Source: Chiloscyllium plagiosum (lineage: Eukaryota). From it: a stretch of DNA of 64,000 nt. Location: the NCBI RefSeq assembly GCF_004010195.1, contig NC_057719.1, positions 25,320,809 through 25,384,808 of the forward strand. Reading direction: 5' to 3'. Below, piece after piece: positions 51,910-64,000 of this stretch (its first letter is position 1; the number at the start of each line of letters is the position of its first letter). The position numbers were made by a program, and so were the translations under genes. The notes under the pieces were generated by a model. That model saw only the letters and a program-made list of their open reading frames with translations. It ran no database searches and was not told the origin of the DNA.

Positions 51910-52660
51910 CAAAGATTTGTCCAACTGGACTCCAAGGCTAATTCTTTTCCATGCATTCAGGATTCAACTTGCAAGTTCTGAGGTTGGCTTTCAGGTTATC
52001 TTTATATCTAAGTTTTGAATACCTTGTGGTGTGGATTCAACTGTTCTGACAATTTTGGAGTATATAGCCTAAGGTAACTTGATAGAGATCTCTGTCATCT
52101 TCCCAATTATTGGCAGGTCAAAGTATCCTGAGGTCAGGGAAAATCGATCAAAAGGCAACTGAATGAGTTGCAGAATATGTGGCATAAGAGCATAAACATC
52201 TCTAAAAAAGAAAGTTCACTCAGTGGCTTTTCAGTAAACTTGATACAAACCTTGAGCTTATACAAATTGAAGAGGTTACCATCGGTCCTGAATTGAATGA
52301 GTCAAAATCTCTGGGTGTGTGCAAGGTTGAAAAGTGCATAGCAAACAATGGAGCTAATGCACACAGCCTTGCTTGGTGTCATTGGTCACTGCAATGGCAC
52401 CCACTGGTATACCATTTTGCAATAAACTGGCCATCATACCTTTGAGAAGCAAGTGAATGAAACTGATCATCTTTTCATTGGAACTTTCACAGACCTTCCT
52501 GGTTCATGGTGTCATACATCTTGGTCAGTTCAGTGAACACTTAACACCATATAGAAGTCCTTATTCTGTTTGTGAGACTTTTTCTGAATTTGACACACAA
52601 CGTAGATGATGACCACTGTTCTCCAGTCTGCCCAAAGATACACTCTGATGCTCGGGATGC
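51910..52660 (-). mobile_element. RTE LINE fragment
   Basis: KLRYKDNLKANLRTC C-terminal motif. Confidence 0.55.
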
Positions 52661-54299
52661 AGAGTAATAATCAACATTATATAGCAATGTTTAACACCTT
52701 TGCAGTTTAGTGCCAAGTAGATAGGGTTTAAAAAGATCAGGATTATGCCCAGTTAGATAGCTCCTTTAGGGCCTATTATTAGATCACCTGATCTGTACCT
52801 CAACGTCGGAGGTAGCATGAAAACTCTATTCAGTTAAGATTACTGTTGCATAGCAATATTGACCCATCACTCCGCATTTTAAAGCTAATGCAATTGATTC
52901 AAAGAGCCAAGTTTTGTTTTGTCAAATGGCTTAGCAATGATGAAGTGAGAGCTTTTGAGCAATGAAAACTCAAAACCTGTTAGGGCTTGAATTTTCTTTA
53001 ACAAATTCAGTTGTATTTTAGTTCAATAGATCTGCTTTCAGATCCTTCTCTTTGATGACACTGCATTCATAATCAGTTATATTGTGTCACTAATGGAGCT
53101 GGAACAAACTTCAATTATATATGAAAGGGTGGCTCAGTTAGAAATGGTTTGCCACTTAAATAACAATTTTATTTGTGAAGTTTTTATGCAGGTTGTTTTT
53201 GTATTGTTGTGCATAGCTTTTATTTTTAATTCTGAGCCAGGTTTCAGCATCAAACATCTCTGTGCTAATACATTGTTATGATGTGAATAGTTGTTTATGC
53301 TGTGTGACTTCAGAACAGGATTGCAATATCTTCAGCTGATGGGAGAAAAGCTGTTCCCTAAATGTATAATATATCAGATCAAGTATCTACTAATTACTGT
53401 CCTGAGATGTCAAAAGAAGTAAGTAATTGGTCTCAGTGAATATCAGTTACTTTGATGAAAATGCTCATGTGCTCCCTGCATGGAGATGAAACCCTTAAAA
53501 CTTTGGTGCCTCAAGGGCTCCCGACTTTGCTCTGAATGGCATGGAGCCAGTTTAATCTTCAGGAGTACCTTTGCAATGCAAGTTTCTGATTTGCTTGTAT
53601 TCATGTACAGATTGGCTCATTTTCTTTTTCTGTACTTTTGATTGTGGATTAAAATGGGAAGAGGGCAGTTTTAGAACCAATGAATATAGAAGAGATTGCT
53701 GCACTTATTAAAAAAGCAAGTTGCTGAAAATCATTGTAAGTGGTGTTTACACTGTTGTCTGTTCAGCCATAACGGGGAAGTTACTGCAAACACACTGACA
53801 TCAAGAGGGGGTGTACAAAGTAAGATTCAGCCAGCAACAAATAGCTGATTGGTCTGCAGAGTGATGACCAGTTATCAATGACAAAGGCTTTCTGTCTGCC
53901 AAACACAATGTGATTGGCTCCCAACTACAATAAACTTTGTTTCATTGGGAGCTTATGAACTAGCACTCTTGAAAGCTGGTAAAAATTATATACCTCAAAT
54001 GCTGGAAGTTTATCATTTTATTGCAATTTCTGCGATGTCTGAGTAGTTGGTTGAGACTCCAAGTGAGAAGGCTCTCTGTTGCTAAGTTTTATTGAAGGCA
54101 TAGTTGCATAATTAATGAAGCAAATAATGCTGTAAATAAAATATAACAGTGATCCATGTATCCCTGCATTATGTTTCCGTTACTTAGTGTGTGTTTTTAC
54201 ATTGATTATGTGGACTTCTTGATTAACCAGAATATTTGATCGACTGATACGCTCCTTGTCTTGTAGGTGCCAGTTAGATAAAAGTTTGCTATAATTGAA

Positions 54300-54921
54300 C
54301 AGCTTGTGGATGTGACCAATATGGTAGGAAACCTTCAGACCTCCCAAACAATTAATGTCTTTTCTTTGCTGTAAATAATGCCGAAGGTCTGAAGAAAGCC
54401 TATATATTTTCCTTCACCTGTTGCTGCAAACTGTGGCTTTTAACCAATAAATCAGAGAGTTTATAATTTGTAGACCAGTCAATCTGTGCCTATGGCAAGG
54501 AAGAGAAAAATACCTGGAGAAAAGAAGAATCAATGGACAGAAATTCCTGACAAGCAAAATGATCATTTCAGTGAACTCTTTACATAATGATCCTTTCCAC
54601 TTTCTTCTCCACCCATGACACCAATTTGTTTTGTCTATATGTGCGTATAGAGAGAGGTTATAAAGAGATTAAAGTTTTAACTAGTAGAGTTATACGTAAA
54701 CAGTTCACAGTTGCCCACCTGTAGCTAGAACCTATTGATTTTTAATAAATACTAATTCTTGTTAAGTGTAGAAACCTAGTCTGTGCTTTCTGACAACCTG
54801 GGTCTTAAGAGACGAGTAAATTGGGAAATTTTGCATACTTTAATAAAATCTTTAGCTTCTGTAATCACTCTGGGAATAGCGGGGCTTGATTTCCAATACA
54901 CTACCCCAGTGAGGCGTGACA
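54300..54921 (+). mobile_element. Probable LTR remnant; 5' boundary uncertain
   Basis: AATAAA near 54745 and an LTR-like end GAGGCGTGACA; no TSD found. Confidence 0.35.
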
Positions 54922-55540
54922 GCAATAATTCCCTTTTCTGTGAGTCTGTTGCTTTTCACACTTTACTAAGATACGTACTTAGTTTTTTTACACATTTCAG
55001 TTCTTAAAGAATGACCTTATCAACTTGATTTTTCCTTTTACAGATGATCCAATTTGCTGAGTATTTCCAACATTTCATTTTTATCATTCTTGCCAGATTT
55101 GCTGTCACCAGGTAAATATTTTGCTAAGTCTTACTTCCCTCAATCAAATTCTCCTCCTTCTCCAGAGTTGAGATCAAAGAGAAGGACATTCTCAAACTCT
55201 TTCTTTCCATCACAAACTTTCACTACAACCTTCTTTTCTCCATTCTTTTACACTCATCTCTATTATCAATTGTGAAAAGCTTCTGGAATCAATCAATGCT
55301 AAGACTACCAAAACTTTTTTTAATACATTCATGAGGTGAGGGCATCACAGACTAGGCCAACATTTGTTGCCTATTCCTTATGGCCCAGAGGGCGGTTAAG
55401 AGTCAAACTCAGGGCTTTGAATCACATATAGGTCAGACAAGGTAAGGATGGCAATTTCCTTGCCTGAAGGACATTAGTGAAGTGGATGGTTTTTCCAACA
55501 ATCGACAATGGATTTGTGGTCATCATGAGACTCTTAATTC

Positions 55541-55759
55541 GAAATCAAGATTAGAATGGTGCTGGAAATGCACAGCAGGTCAGACAGCATTCGAGGAGCA
55601 GGAAATTCAACGTTTTGGGCAGCAGCCCTTCATCAGGAATGGCTCCTGTCCGAAACGTCGATTTTCCTGCTCCTCGGATGCTGCCTGACCTGCTGTGCGT
55701 TTCCAGCACCATTCTAATCTTGACTGTAATCTCCAGCATCTGCAGTCCTCACTTTCGCC
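55541..55759. mobile_element. Penelope-like fold-back insertion inside a SINE
   Basis: Inverted arms; TSD CTCTTAATTC (55531-55540 / 55760-55769); minus-strand hammerhead with GAAA mutated to AAAA. Confidence 0.88.
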
Positions 55760-56909
55760 CTCTTAATTCAAGATGTTTATTTATTTGCCATGACAGAATT
55801 TGAACCCAGTCTCCAGAACATTACCTGAATCTCTGGATTAACAGTCCACTGATAACATCACCAGACTATTGCCTCCCTTAAGACAATCAAGACTCTCGTG
55901 AAGATGTACCCTTTATTTCCACCTTTGCTGCAAATGATCTCTTTAATCTTCAATCTTTTGATCCTCTGCACTTTCACTCATGGGATATCTCTTGAAGTTG
56001 TCAGTCAATCATCTTGCTATTCAACTCTTGACCACTCAATTACCTACTCCATTGACTCCAATCTCAGAAATATTGTCGGAGGTTCCATTGGACCAAGCCT
56101 TGTCCATCTACTTTTCCAAATTGTCACTGTGAGCACCCCACCCACCCCCGCCTTAGTGCCCACTGTAATAGATGGAAGACCATAATGAACACATAGTCCT
56201 GCTAGTGGGTTAAAACTCTGCTGAGAACTTTAGAAAGTTTAAACATGTAGGGAGATAAAGTAAGGCATTTTATGAAAAACCCTTAAAGGAACAATACAGT
56301 TTAATGATGTGGTGCTGGCAACAGAATCATTCCCATTGTATGTCTTAATTTCTGTCAAAAAATTATAAAAACATGATTTTTTAGAATGAATCTGTCTCCT
56401 CTGAAATCTTTTGTCATTTCACCTCCCATTTTTTGTCATGATTTTACTCCTCCACCTTTAAGTTAGAGATACTTCAAGCTGAGTTTATAAAGTTAATCAA
56501 GTTTGCGTGAAGATTTCGGAAAACAGCAGTATAGGCTGATGATGTATCATTTGGTATGGAAAAATAAAAATCAAATAAGACCGGCCAACAAGAATTATTG
56601 CCAGTCACTTTTTACTGAACATATGAGAGAGTCACGACCAGCTCAATTAGGCCTGTGATAATGGATCAAGGGTAATATACCTACTCCTATTTGTTAAATC
56701 AATGAATGACGCATTTATTTAAACACTGCAAAGAGCTTCATATATTAGTCCTTTCCTGACAAACCAAAAAAAACTGGAACTCATAAATCATCTTGATTTG
56801 CAATATCCTCACCACATTGCTCCAGTCAAAGGACCTGTTCTTGTTTATAATTTAGTTGCATTTTGTTAGAAAGTATAAGTTAGTTGTCATATTGTTCCTT
56901 TTTTGATAC

Positions 56910-57475
56910 CATCAAAGCTTCGGAGAAGTACCACCTCCAGGGCTTTTACAAGATTCCCCAAGACTTGGTGGCAAGAAAAGCCATCCAGCACTAAGCTGTG
57001 ACCTCTCTCAAGCCAGCTTACTCAGCAGCGAGGTGCTCATCACTCAAAACCAGCTCTGCTGGGCAGCACATGTTGTTCGTATGCTGACACCAGTCTCGCA
57101 AAGTTCTATTTCGAATTCGACTGTGGGCGGAGACATCCAGATGGACAGCAGAAACGCTTCAGGGATGACATCTAAATATCCTGAACTAATTCAACATCTT
57201 CCCTTGTCTCATAGGAGCCTCTGATTTATGGTTGAGCAAAATAGAGAAGGTTCAGCTGGGCAGGCACTGGGCACATCGAAGGACTTCAATGGGAATGCAC
57301 AGAGGTGAAGTCAAGGTGTTAGAAAAAGAGGGACAGAGCACAAGCTTTCAAACAAGTTAATTCATTCCTTCAAGCGCTACCTGCCCTGCACTAAACATAT
57401 CAGCTACTTCAGAACCCATCAACTGGAATGGAAGCAAGTCCAACTTAATCTTGCAGGGATTCCTAAGAAGAAGAT
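56910..57475 (+). mobile_element. RTE LINE 3' fragment
   Basis: EVLITQNQLCWAAHVVRM..; GQQKRFRD; AAG-repeat tail. Confidence 0.8.
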
Positions 57476-58680
57476 GGCTTCATTGGTGTCACAGATCGAA
57501 GCTTACAAATGTTCCCTAATCTGGGAAGCAATGCTGGTATGAAAACCATACGAAAACTCTGTCAATTGTGTTAATATTGGGACATTAGGGCCCTAGATAA
57601 TTGGAAATGTCAGGGCCAAGTGGGAGGTTCCTAGTTCTGTCAGATGAATATTACAATAAATCAGAAAACATGCAGAGAAGAGACTGAGCAGGTCAGTGAC
57701 AGTAGGAGCATTCCCAGGGTCTAGTGCCAGAGAAAGCTAATGATCTTACCAAGACTGCCAAAATAGGACTCCCTTGCCCACCTGTGAATGCCAGCCTACA
57801 ATACCCCACTTATCCCCACAAACTATAAGTCCTTCTCCTTCCGACTGCACAAGCGTCTCCTTTAATCATAAGAGAACACTTTGCTGTACCTGCTTCTACT
57901 CTCACTTCCATTCATTGATTTACAACAACAACATTTCAGGATGGCAGTCAGTAACTAGCAGAGGTCTGTAGTGGTCAATGTTGGAATCATAACTATTCAT
58001 GTTACACACTTTAACAATCTGAACAACGGGACTGATGGCATCATTGCTAAATTTGGAGATGTTACAATGACTAGGAACAAGCACCATTTTGTTTGAACTT
58101 TAATCAATTCTTGTTTTAAACTCTTTCATACTTCACATTCTTTAATAACTTGCTTAACCAAATGGCTTCCCTTCCCTTTTGTAGACACTTGCTCCTTTTT
58201 CCGTCTTAGCATAGGACCATAAGATATTGTAGCAGAATAAGGCCATTTGGCTCATTGACTCTGCTCCACCACTCAATCATGGCTGATATGTGTCTCAGCC
58301 CATTCTCTTGGCCTTCTCCCTGTGACCTTCATCCCCTTACTAATCGGAAAACGATCTATCTCTTTCTTAAACTCAATGATTTGGCCTCCACAGCCTTCTG
58401 CAGCAATAAGTTTCACAGATTCACCAACCTTTAGCTCAAAACAATTCTCCCTCATCTCTGTTCCAAAGGGTTGTTCCTCTACCCTAAGCCTATGCCCTCA
58501 GGTCCTAATCTTTGTCACTCCCAGAAACATCTTTTCCACATCCACTCTATCTAGGTCTCTAAGTATTCTGTAAGTTTAAATGTGATCCTCCCTCATCCTT
58601 CTCAGCTCCTGACTACAGACATAGAGTCCTCAATCACTCGTTATATGACAAGCCCTTCATATCTGAGATCATTTTTGCAA

Positions 58681-58998
58681 GGTTTGTGAAGGTTTGTAGC
58701 TCAGGTTGAGGTTTAGGGTGTAGATTTGCTCGTTGAGCTGCAGGTTTGATATCCAGACGTTTCATTACCTGGCTAGGTAACATCATCAGTGGCGACCTCC
58801 AAGTGAAGCGAAGCTGTTGTCTCCTGCTTTCTATTTATATCTTTCTCCTGGATGGGATTCCTGGGGTTTGTGGTGATGTCATTTCCTGGAACAACAGCTT
58901 CGCTTCACTTGGAGGTCGCCACTGATGATGTTACCTAGCCAGGTAATGAAACGTCTGGATATCAAACCTACAGCTCAGCGAGCAAACCTACACCCTAA
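58681..58998. mobile_element. Young Penelope-like fold-back with two intact hammerhead motifs
   Basis: Arms of about 110 bp (58712-58820 / 58890-58999), nearly identical; 20-bp TSD (18/20) at 58661-58680 / 58999-59018. Confidence 0.9.
58919..58958 (+). ncRNA. Minimal hammerhead ribozyme motif (identical inverted copy at 58753-58792)
   Basis: CCA-CTGATGA-T-GTTACCT-AGCC-AGGTAAT-GAAAC-GTC-TGG. Confidence 0.75.
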
Positions 58999-59744
58999 AT
59001 CTGAGATCATTCTTGTAAACATCCTCTGGACCCCCTCCAAGGCCAACTCATCCTTCCTTACAAAAGGAGTCCAAAACTGCTCACAAATTCCAAATATGGT
59101 CAGACCAAAGCCTTATACAGCCTCAGCAGTACATTACTACTCTTGTATTCCAACTCTCTTAAAATGAATGCTAACATTTCATTTGCCTTCCTGACTGCCA
59201 ACTGAACCTGCATGTTAACCTTAACAGAATCGTGAACTGTGGACTCCTAAGTCCCTCTGTGCTTCAGATTTCCAGAGTCTTACCTGATTTAGAAAATAGC
59301 CTAAGCCTCTGTCTTCCTACCAAAGTGGATAACCTCACACTTCCACACATTGTATTCCATCTGCACTTCTTTGCCCACTCACCTAGCCTGTCCAAGTCTT
59401 TCTGCAGCCTTCCTGGTTTCTCAACACTACCTGTCCCGCCACCTATTTTATGTCATCTGCAAACTTAGCAACAATGCCCTCAGTTCCTTTGTTCAGATCA
59501 TTAATGTATACCATTAATAATTGTGGTCCCATCACTGACCCCTGTGAAACTCCGCTACTCACTGGCTACCATTCTGAAAAATACCCCTTTGTCCCTACTC
59601 TCTGCCAGTCAGCCAATCCTCTATCCAGCGCCATGGACTCTTACCTTATTTAGCATCTTACTTGTTTGATGGTTCTTCTCAACAGTGTACCTTGTGTTGT
59701 CCCAGTTGTTGAAGTAGAACTTTACAATATGCGGCAAACCATGC

Positions 59745-61210
59745 GCTGGATTTTTGTTTTGGGATTAAAACCCCTAGTATTGGGTGAATCCTGGATTATG
59801 ACCTTGTAGTGATGGCCAATAAGATGCCGGGGAGCATTTCCCATTAAGGTCACCCGAAGGCACCTCAGCAGACCCACTAAGAGATGAACCCATTGTCTGA
59901 AGGTAAAAGAAAAAAAATCTTCCTTTAAAAAGACAACTTTGCCTTGAAGTCATTGTAGAGGGGTAACCCCCAGTGATCCCTGCAGCTTTGCCATGTCCCC
60001 AACTCATTGCTGTCAGATCGCTACTTTCCTCTCGTCATATCTTAGCCTCACAAGCCGACTGGAAAGAAATCCAGCTGGTCTCACTGACATCTGACATTGG
60101 CCATTTGATGTATCAATAGACATCTAAGTGACTGGAAGTCATGAACTCTCTGCTCCCACTCGGATGAAAATGACCTGGGGGTGGAATTGGCATGTCCTGG
60201 CACCCCAGTGTGATTTCCAAGCCTTTCTTTCTCCTGTCCCACGTTATTGGAAGTTAAAATTTTGCCTTGTTGTCAGAACTGTGTGGGAGGGAGCTGCCAG
60301 GCCTGTTGAGATAGAGGTTTCATTACTTGATTACACCAAAATCCTGTTTGATGAAGTCTTTAAGTGGCTCACATCACTGGTTGCAACAGGACTTATCTAT
60401 TGAGTATGGGTTTCAGAGGAAAGCCATGAGCCAAATAGTTTGCAATAACTCTTGTCAAACAAGCATCCAGCATCTCAATTGCTGCACAGAACTGGCACAT
60501 GATAAAGGCATTGTGATAGCTGCCAGGAAGATGCTGACCTCCATGATGTATCATACTAGGTGGACATAAACACTCTGAATACCCTTACAGTTCATGGGGC
60601 AACTGCTTCATTGACAGAAGGCTCTGTGTCAATGTGTCTGCAGTGATACAGTAGACCATGTTTAAACTGACAATCTCCTCAAACCCATCTGTTTCTGGTT
60701 GTCCATGAGAAAGTGATGAAATCATAAGCAAATGTGTCATCAGTGACCAAGTTAATGCAGGCATGAACTGAAGACTGACTGGGAATGCTGGTATCTTCTA
60801 CTGCTTGCTGCAAAGAATTGGTGGAAAAGAATTTGAGGCCTTTGAAAACAGCAGTGAAGTGCCACTATGGCAATGGTGTAGAGATCACATTGCAGGAGAT
60901 AATCCAAGCCTATGATAGCCTCAGCACTGGAACACAGCCACCTTGTACACAACTCATCTGAACAGTGCATTAACCCTGGAACTTAATAACTGGGAGTGGA
61001 AGGCTGTCTTGAGTTCTGCTCCTGTTCCCTGCCTTGTAGCACCAAGTGGCCCACCTGTTATTACTCCTTCTCTTTCTCTAGTTTGAATAGAGTGGCTGAG
61101 AGTATAGAGCTTGTCAGGTACCCTCCCCGCTGAATGTTGTTAAGACACTACACGAAAATGAACTGTGATTCTGAGGACCATTTTTCACCCAGGAGTCCAT
61201 TTCACCCATT
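59745..61210 (-). mobile_element. Decayed PIF/Harbinger DNA transposon (DDE transposase about 60230-60960)
   Basis: NCKGIQSVYVHLV..FPGSYHNAFIM..DKSY..WLMA..LNRPGSSL follows the Harbinger motif order NRKGFHS.NVQ / PGS.HD / GD.GY..WL.TP / LDRSGG.L. Confidence 0.75.
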
Positions 61211-61214
61211 AAGG

Positions 61215-61535
61215 GGTGGCACAGTGGCTCAGTGGTTAGCATTGCTGCCTCACAGCACCAGGGACCCGAGTTTGATTCCAGCCTCGGGTGACTATGTGGT
61301 GTTTGCACATTCTCCCCGTGTCTGCGTGGGTTTCCTTTGGGTACTCCAGTTTCCTCCCATATTCCAAAAGATGTGCAGGTTGGGTGAATTGGTCATGTTA
61401 AATTGTCCCGAGTGCTAGGTGCATCAGTGAGGGGTAAATGTAAGGAAATGAGTCTGGGTGAATTACTCTTTGGAGGGTTGATGTGGACTTGTTGGGCCTA
61501 ATGGCCTGTTTCCACACTGTAGGGAATCTAATCTA
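61215..61535 (+). mobile_element. HE1/V-SINE-like SINE
   Basis: Full length; tail AATCTAATCTA. Confidence 0.9.
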
Positions 61536-61835
61536 AACATTTGAATCAGTGAGAAATGTGAACTAATTTCGGGCTAATTTTTTAATTGGAGTATATCAGA
61601 ACTCTTTTATGTGGAATTGTCTGTAGATGACCTCAAAGATGCCTATAATGGTTCACAATAGAAGGTCCAAATACATTAACCTGATATGAATACATTTTTT
61701 AAGCCATTAGTCTCATGCCAAAAATCAGAATAATCCAGCATAAAAAAAAGCCAGTTCATTTTCCCATAATTTTAGTTCTATTACAGCCACATTCCTGCCA
61801 ATATGTGGGAGATTGGTGGTTGTAGATTAGTCCCT

Positions 61836-62528
61836 AGCGTGTTTTGAGAAGATTTATAGCTCAAGTTGAGGTTCTGGATGTAGGTTTGCTCACTGAGCTG
61901 GAAGATTCATTTCCAGACGTTTTGTCACCCTACTAGGTAACATCTTCAGTGGGCCCCCAGGCGAAGTACTGTTGATAGTTCCATGTCATTTCATGTGGTG
62001 ACTTCATTTCCTTTTTCTCAGGGGGTGATAGATGTGGTCTAACTTGATGTGTATGTTGATGGAATTCCGATTGGAATGCCATTCCTCTAGAAGTTCTCAT
62101 GCATGTCTCTGTTTGGCTTGTCCTAGGATGGATGTTTTGTCCCATTTCAAGTGGTGTCCTTCCTTATCTGTATGTAAGGATACTAGTGAGACACCACTTT
62201 GACTAGGACAACACATCCATCCTAGGACAAGCCAGAGACACGTATGAGAATTCCTAGAAGCATGACATTCCAACCAGAACTCTATCAACAAACACATTGA
62301 GGTAGACCCCAACTACCACCCCTGAGAAAAAGAACAGGAAATGACATCACCATATGAAATGATGTCACACATGAAATGACATCACCAATCCAAAGAAAAC
62401 CAAATATATAAACAGAAAGCAGGAATTATTAACAGTGCTTCGCCCGGAGGCCCACTGAAGATGTCGCCTAGTAGGGTGACGAAATATCTGGAAATGAACC
62501 TTCCAGCTCAACAAGCAAACCTACATCC
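61836..62528. mobile_element. Penelope-like near-complete palindrome (693 bp) with endonuclease C-terminus and decayed hammerheads in both arms
   Basis: Perfect 12-bp TSD AGATTAGTCCCT (61824-61835 / 62529-62540); WDKTSILGQAKQRHA..EFLEA.HSNQNSINKHIE remnants. Confidence 0.9.
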
Positions 62529-64000
62529 AGATTAGTCCCTTTGAATTTCTTCAAGACTGTGTGGTATATTAAGCCCATTTCTTTCACTAACCATGTATAG
62601 TCCACAGTCCTGCATTCTCCAGAATGTTAATCTAACATTGTGACCCTACTAGGTTGATTTTCGCAGGTAATATTCTCACAGCCTCTGTTGGATGGGACCA
62701 TAGTCTTTCAAAGGATAACTCAGTGTCTGACTTAACCTTCTAGTCTTCAACTGTCTTCTGAATCAGTCATTTGGGCAACAAAGTAGCACTGTCAACTGTT
62801 ATAGAAGCTTAATTTGTTCATTATAATGATAAATGCTGAACATGTAATTATCTTGTGGTGCAGTGGTAGTGTCTGTCCCTTAAGGACAGAAGATCTGGGT
62901 TGCAGTCACATCTTTTCCAGAGGTGCCTGAACAGGTTATTTTGTTTTAATTATCGCCATTAGTTGGAGCTACAATGAAATAATTAGTAGTAATGTAATAA
63001 ATAAACAAATAGCTAAAATAAAAGATAATAATGCTTGATTCAGTGAAGGATAGTTGGAACTAGGCAGCTCTTACAAATAATTATTAATAATTTAATAGTA
63101 ATGGTATAGAAAGTATAACTGACCCATCAGTCTATTGGGGAGAATGGAAAAAAATAGCCAGTACTGCCCCTGATTAAACCATGCAAACAGCTAAAAATGG
63201 TGGCAGCATAACCCACAATTTTAATCTATTCTAGTGAAACCACTTTAAAAGATTACAGAGCCATTCTATTTGTGGTGTCAATCATGGATTAAGAAACACT
63301 ATCATTCATTTCTTTAATAATTCAAAACTAGGTTCAGATTAGAATTTACTGATGTGTAAACTCAAAGCCAAGTTTGATTCTAAAATCATGAAATCATGAA
63401 ATGGGGGAAAATCAACCGCTGTATAATTTACAAACCCCTTTACAGAACAGCGAATTTTCTTTGGGAGGGGAGTTCTTTTAAAACCAAATCAATTTAGCTC
63501 TACTTTTAGTGAGGGTTATGTACAATCTATTGCTATTTGAAAAGTATCTAACTCAACAGGGACATAATTAAGTTGATGGCTAGTTTTTGGAGTTATTTCA
63601 CATGTGGTACTTTTTGCACAGTACACACAATGGATATAATGTCAACACATTGTAACAGGGCACAGTGTTGCACCCATTTATGACAACACTTAGTATTGCT
63701 TGTTGCTGGCGAATACTCTTGAGATTAAGGATACAATTGAGGTACTCCCTTGTGAGAGCCCAGGGCATTGACTACCTGCATTAACTGACTACAGCTGTTC
63801 CCTTGTGAAACAAATAACTTTCTTGCATGGTCAGGTGATCCATCACACACAAAAAAATGGCTTCAATAATAAACAAAAGCCTATATTATGAAAAACTGCA
63901 CGCACATAGAAATAAGGAATGATTAATATCAACAGCAAACAGGAAATGAAGGCAGATCAGCAAAGAGTTGCTGTTCCTACAAATATTTTCTCCTCATTCT

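Larger units (their letters stand above)
58210..59640 (-). mobile_element. CR1 LINE 3' portion interrupted by a Penelope fold-back
   Basis: SGVSQGSVMGPQL..; AKFADDIK; EWAKK.QMEYNV.KCEV remnants; CR1 tail. Confidence 0.9.

Noticed and set aside
53274..54921. One 1.65-kb solo LTR (TGTTATG...CGTGACA)
   Set aside because: Flanks ACAT and GCAA give no TSD, so only the 3' part is reported, at low confidence.
28000..64000. Exons of neighbouring genes expected from mammalian synteny (GOLGA5, ITPK1)
   Set aside because: No recognisable coding exon found by eye; short exons or UTRs could have been missed.

Overview
Eukaryotic, repeat-rich genomic DNA from a cartilaginous fish. The basis is HE1/V-SINE-like SINEs, CR1/HER1-like LINEs and shark-type Penelope tails; the species cannot be fixed. 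One intact host gene is present: chromogranin A (CHGA) on the minus strand, with 7 coding exons between 25788 and 15866 (1377 nt, 458 aa). It has a CpG-rich promoter and a near-perfect RE1/NRSE in intron 1. The rest is mostly decayed mobile DNA: a Gypsy element (367-7688), solo LTRs, CR1/L2/RTE/Tx1 LINE fragments, SINEs, PIF/Harbinger transposase relics and many short Penelope-like fold-back insertions carrying minimal hammerhead ribozymes. The most unusual structure is at 367-4050, echoed at 7490-7590. It is a head-to-tail array of poly(A)-tailed retroposed units (Tx1 LINE 3' ends, a 1.2-kb non-coding element, and polyadenylated copies of the LTR's own R region), all joined at the same position just downstream of the Gypsy LTR TATA box. 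This suggests an LTR-targeting retrotransposon system that regenerates its own target. Repeat boundaries are read by eye and approximate unless a TSD is quoted.
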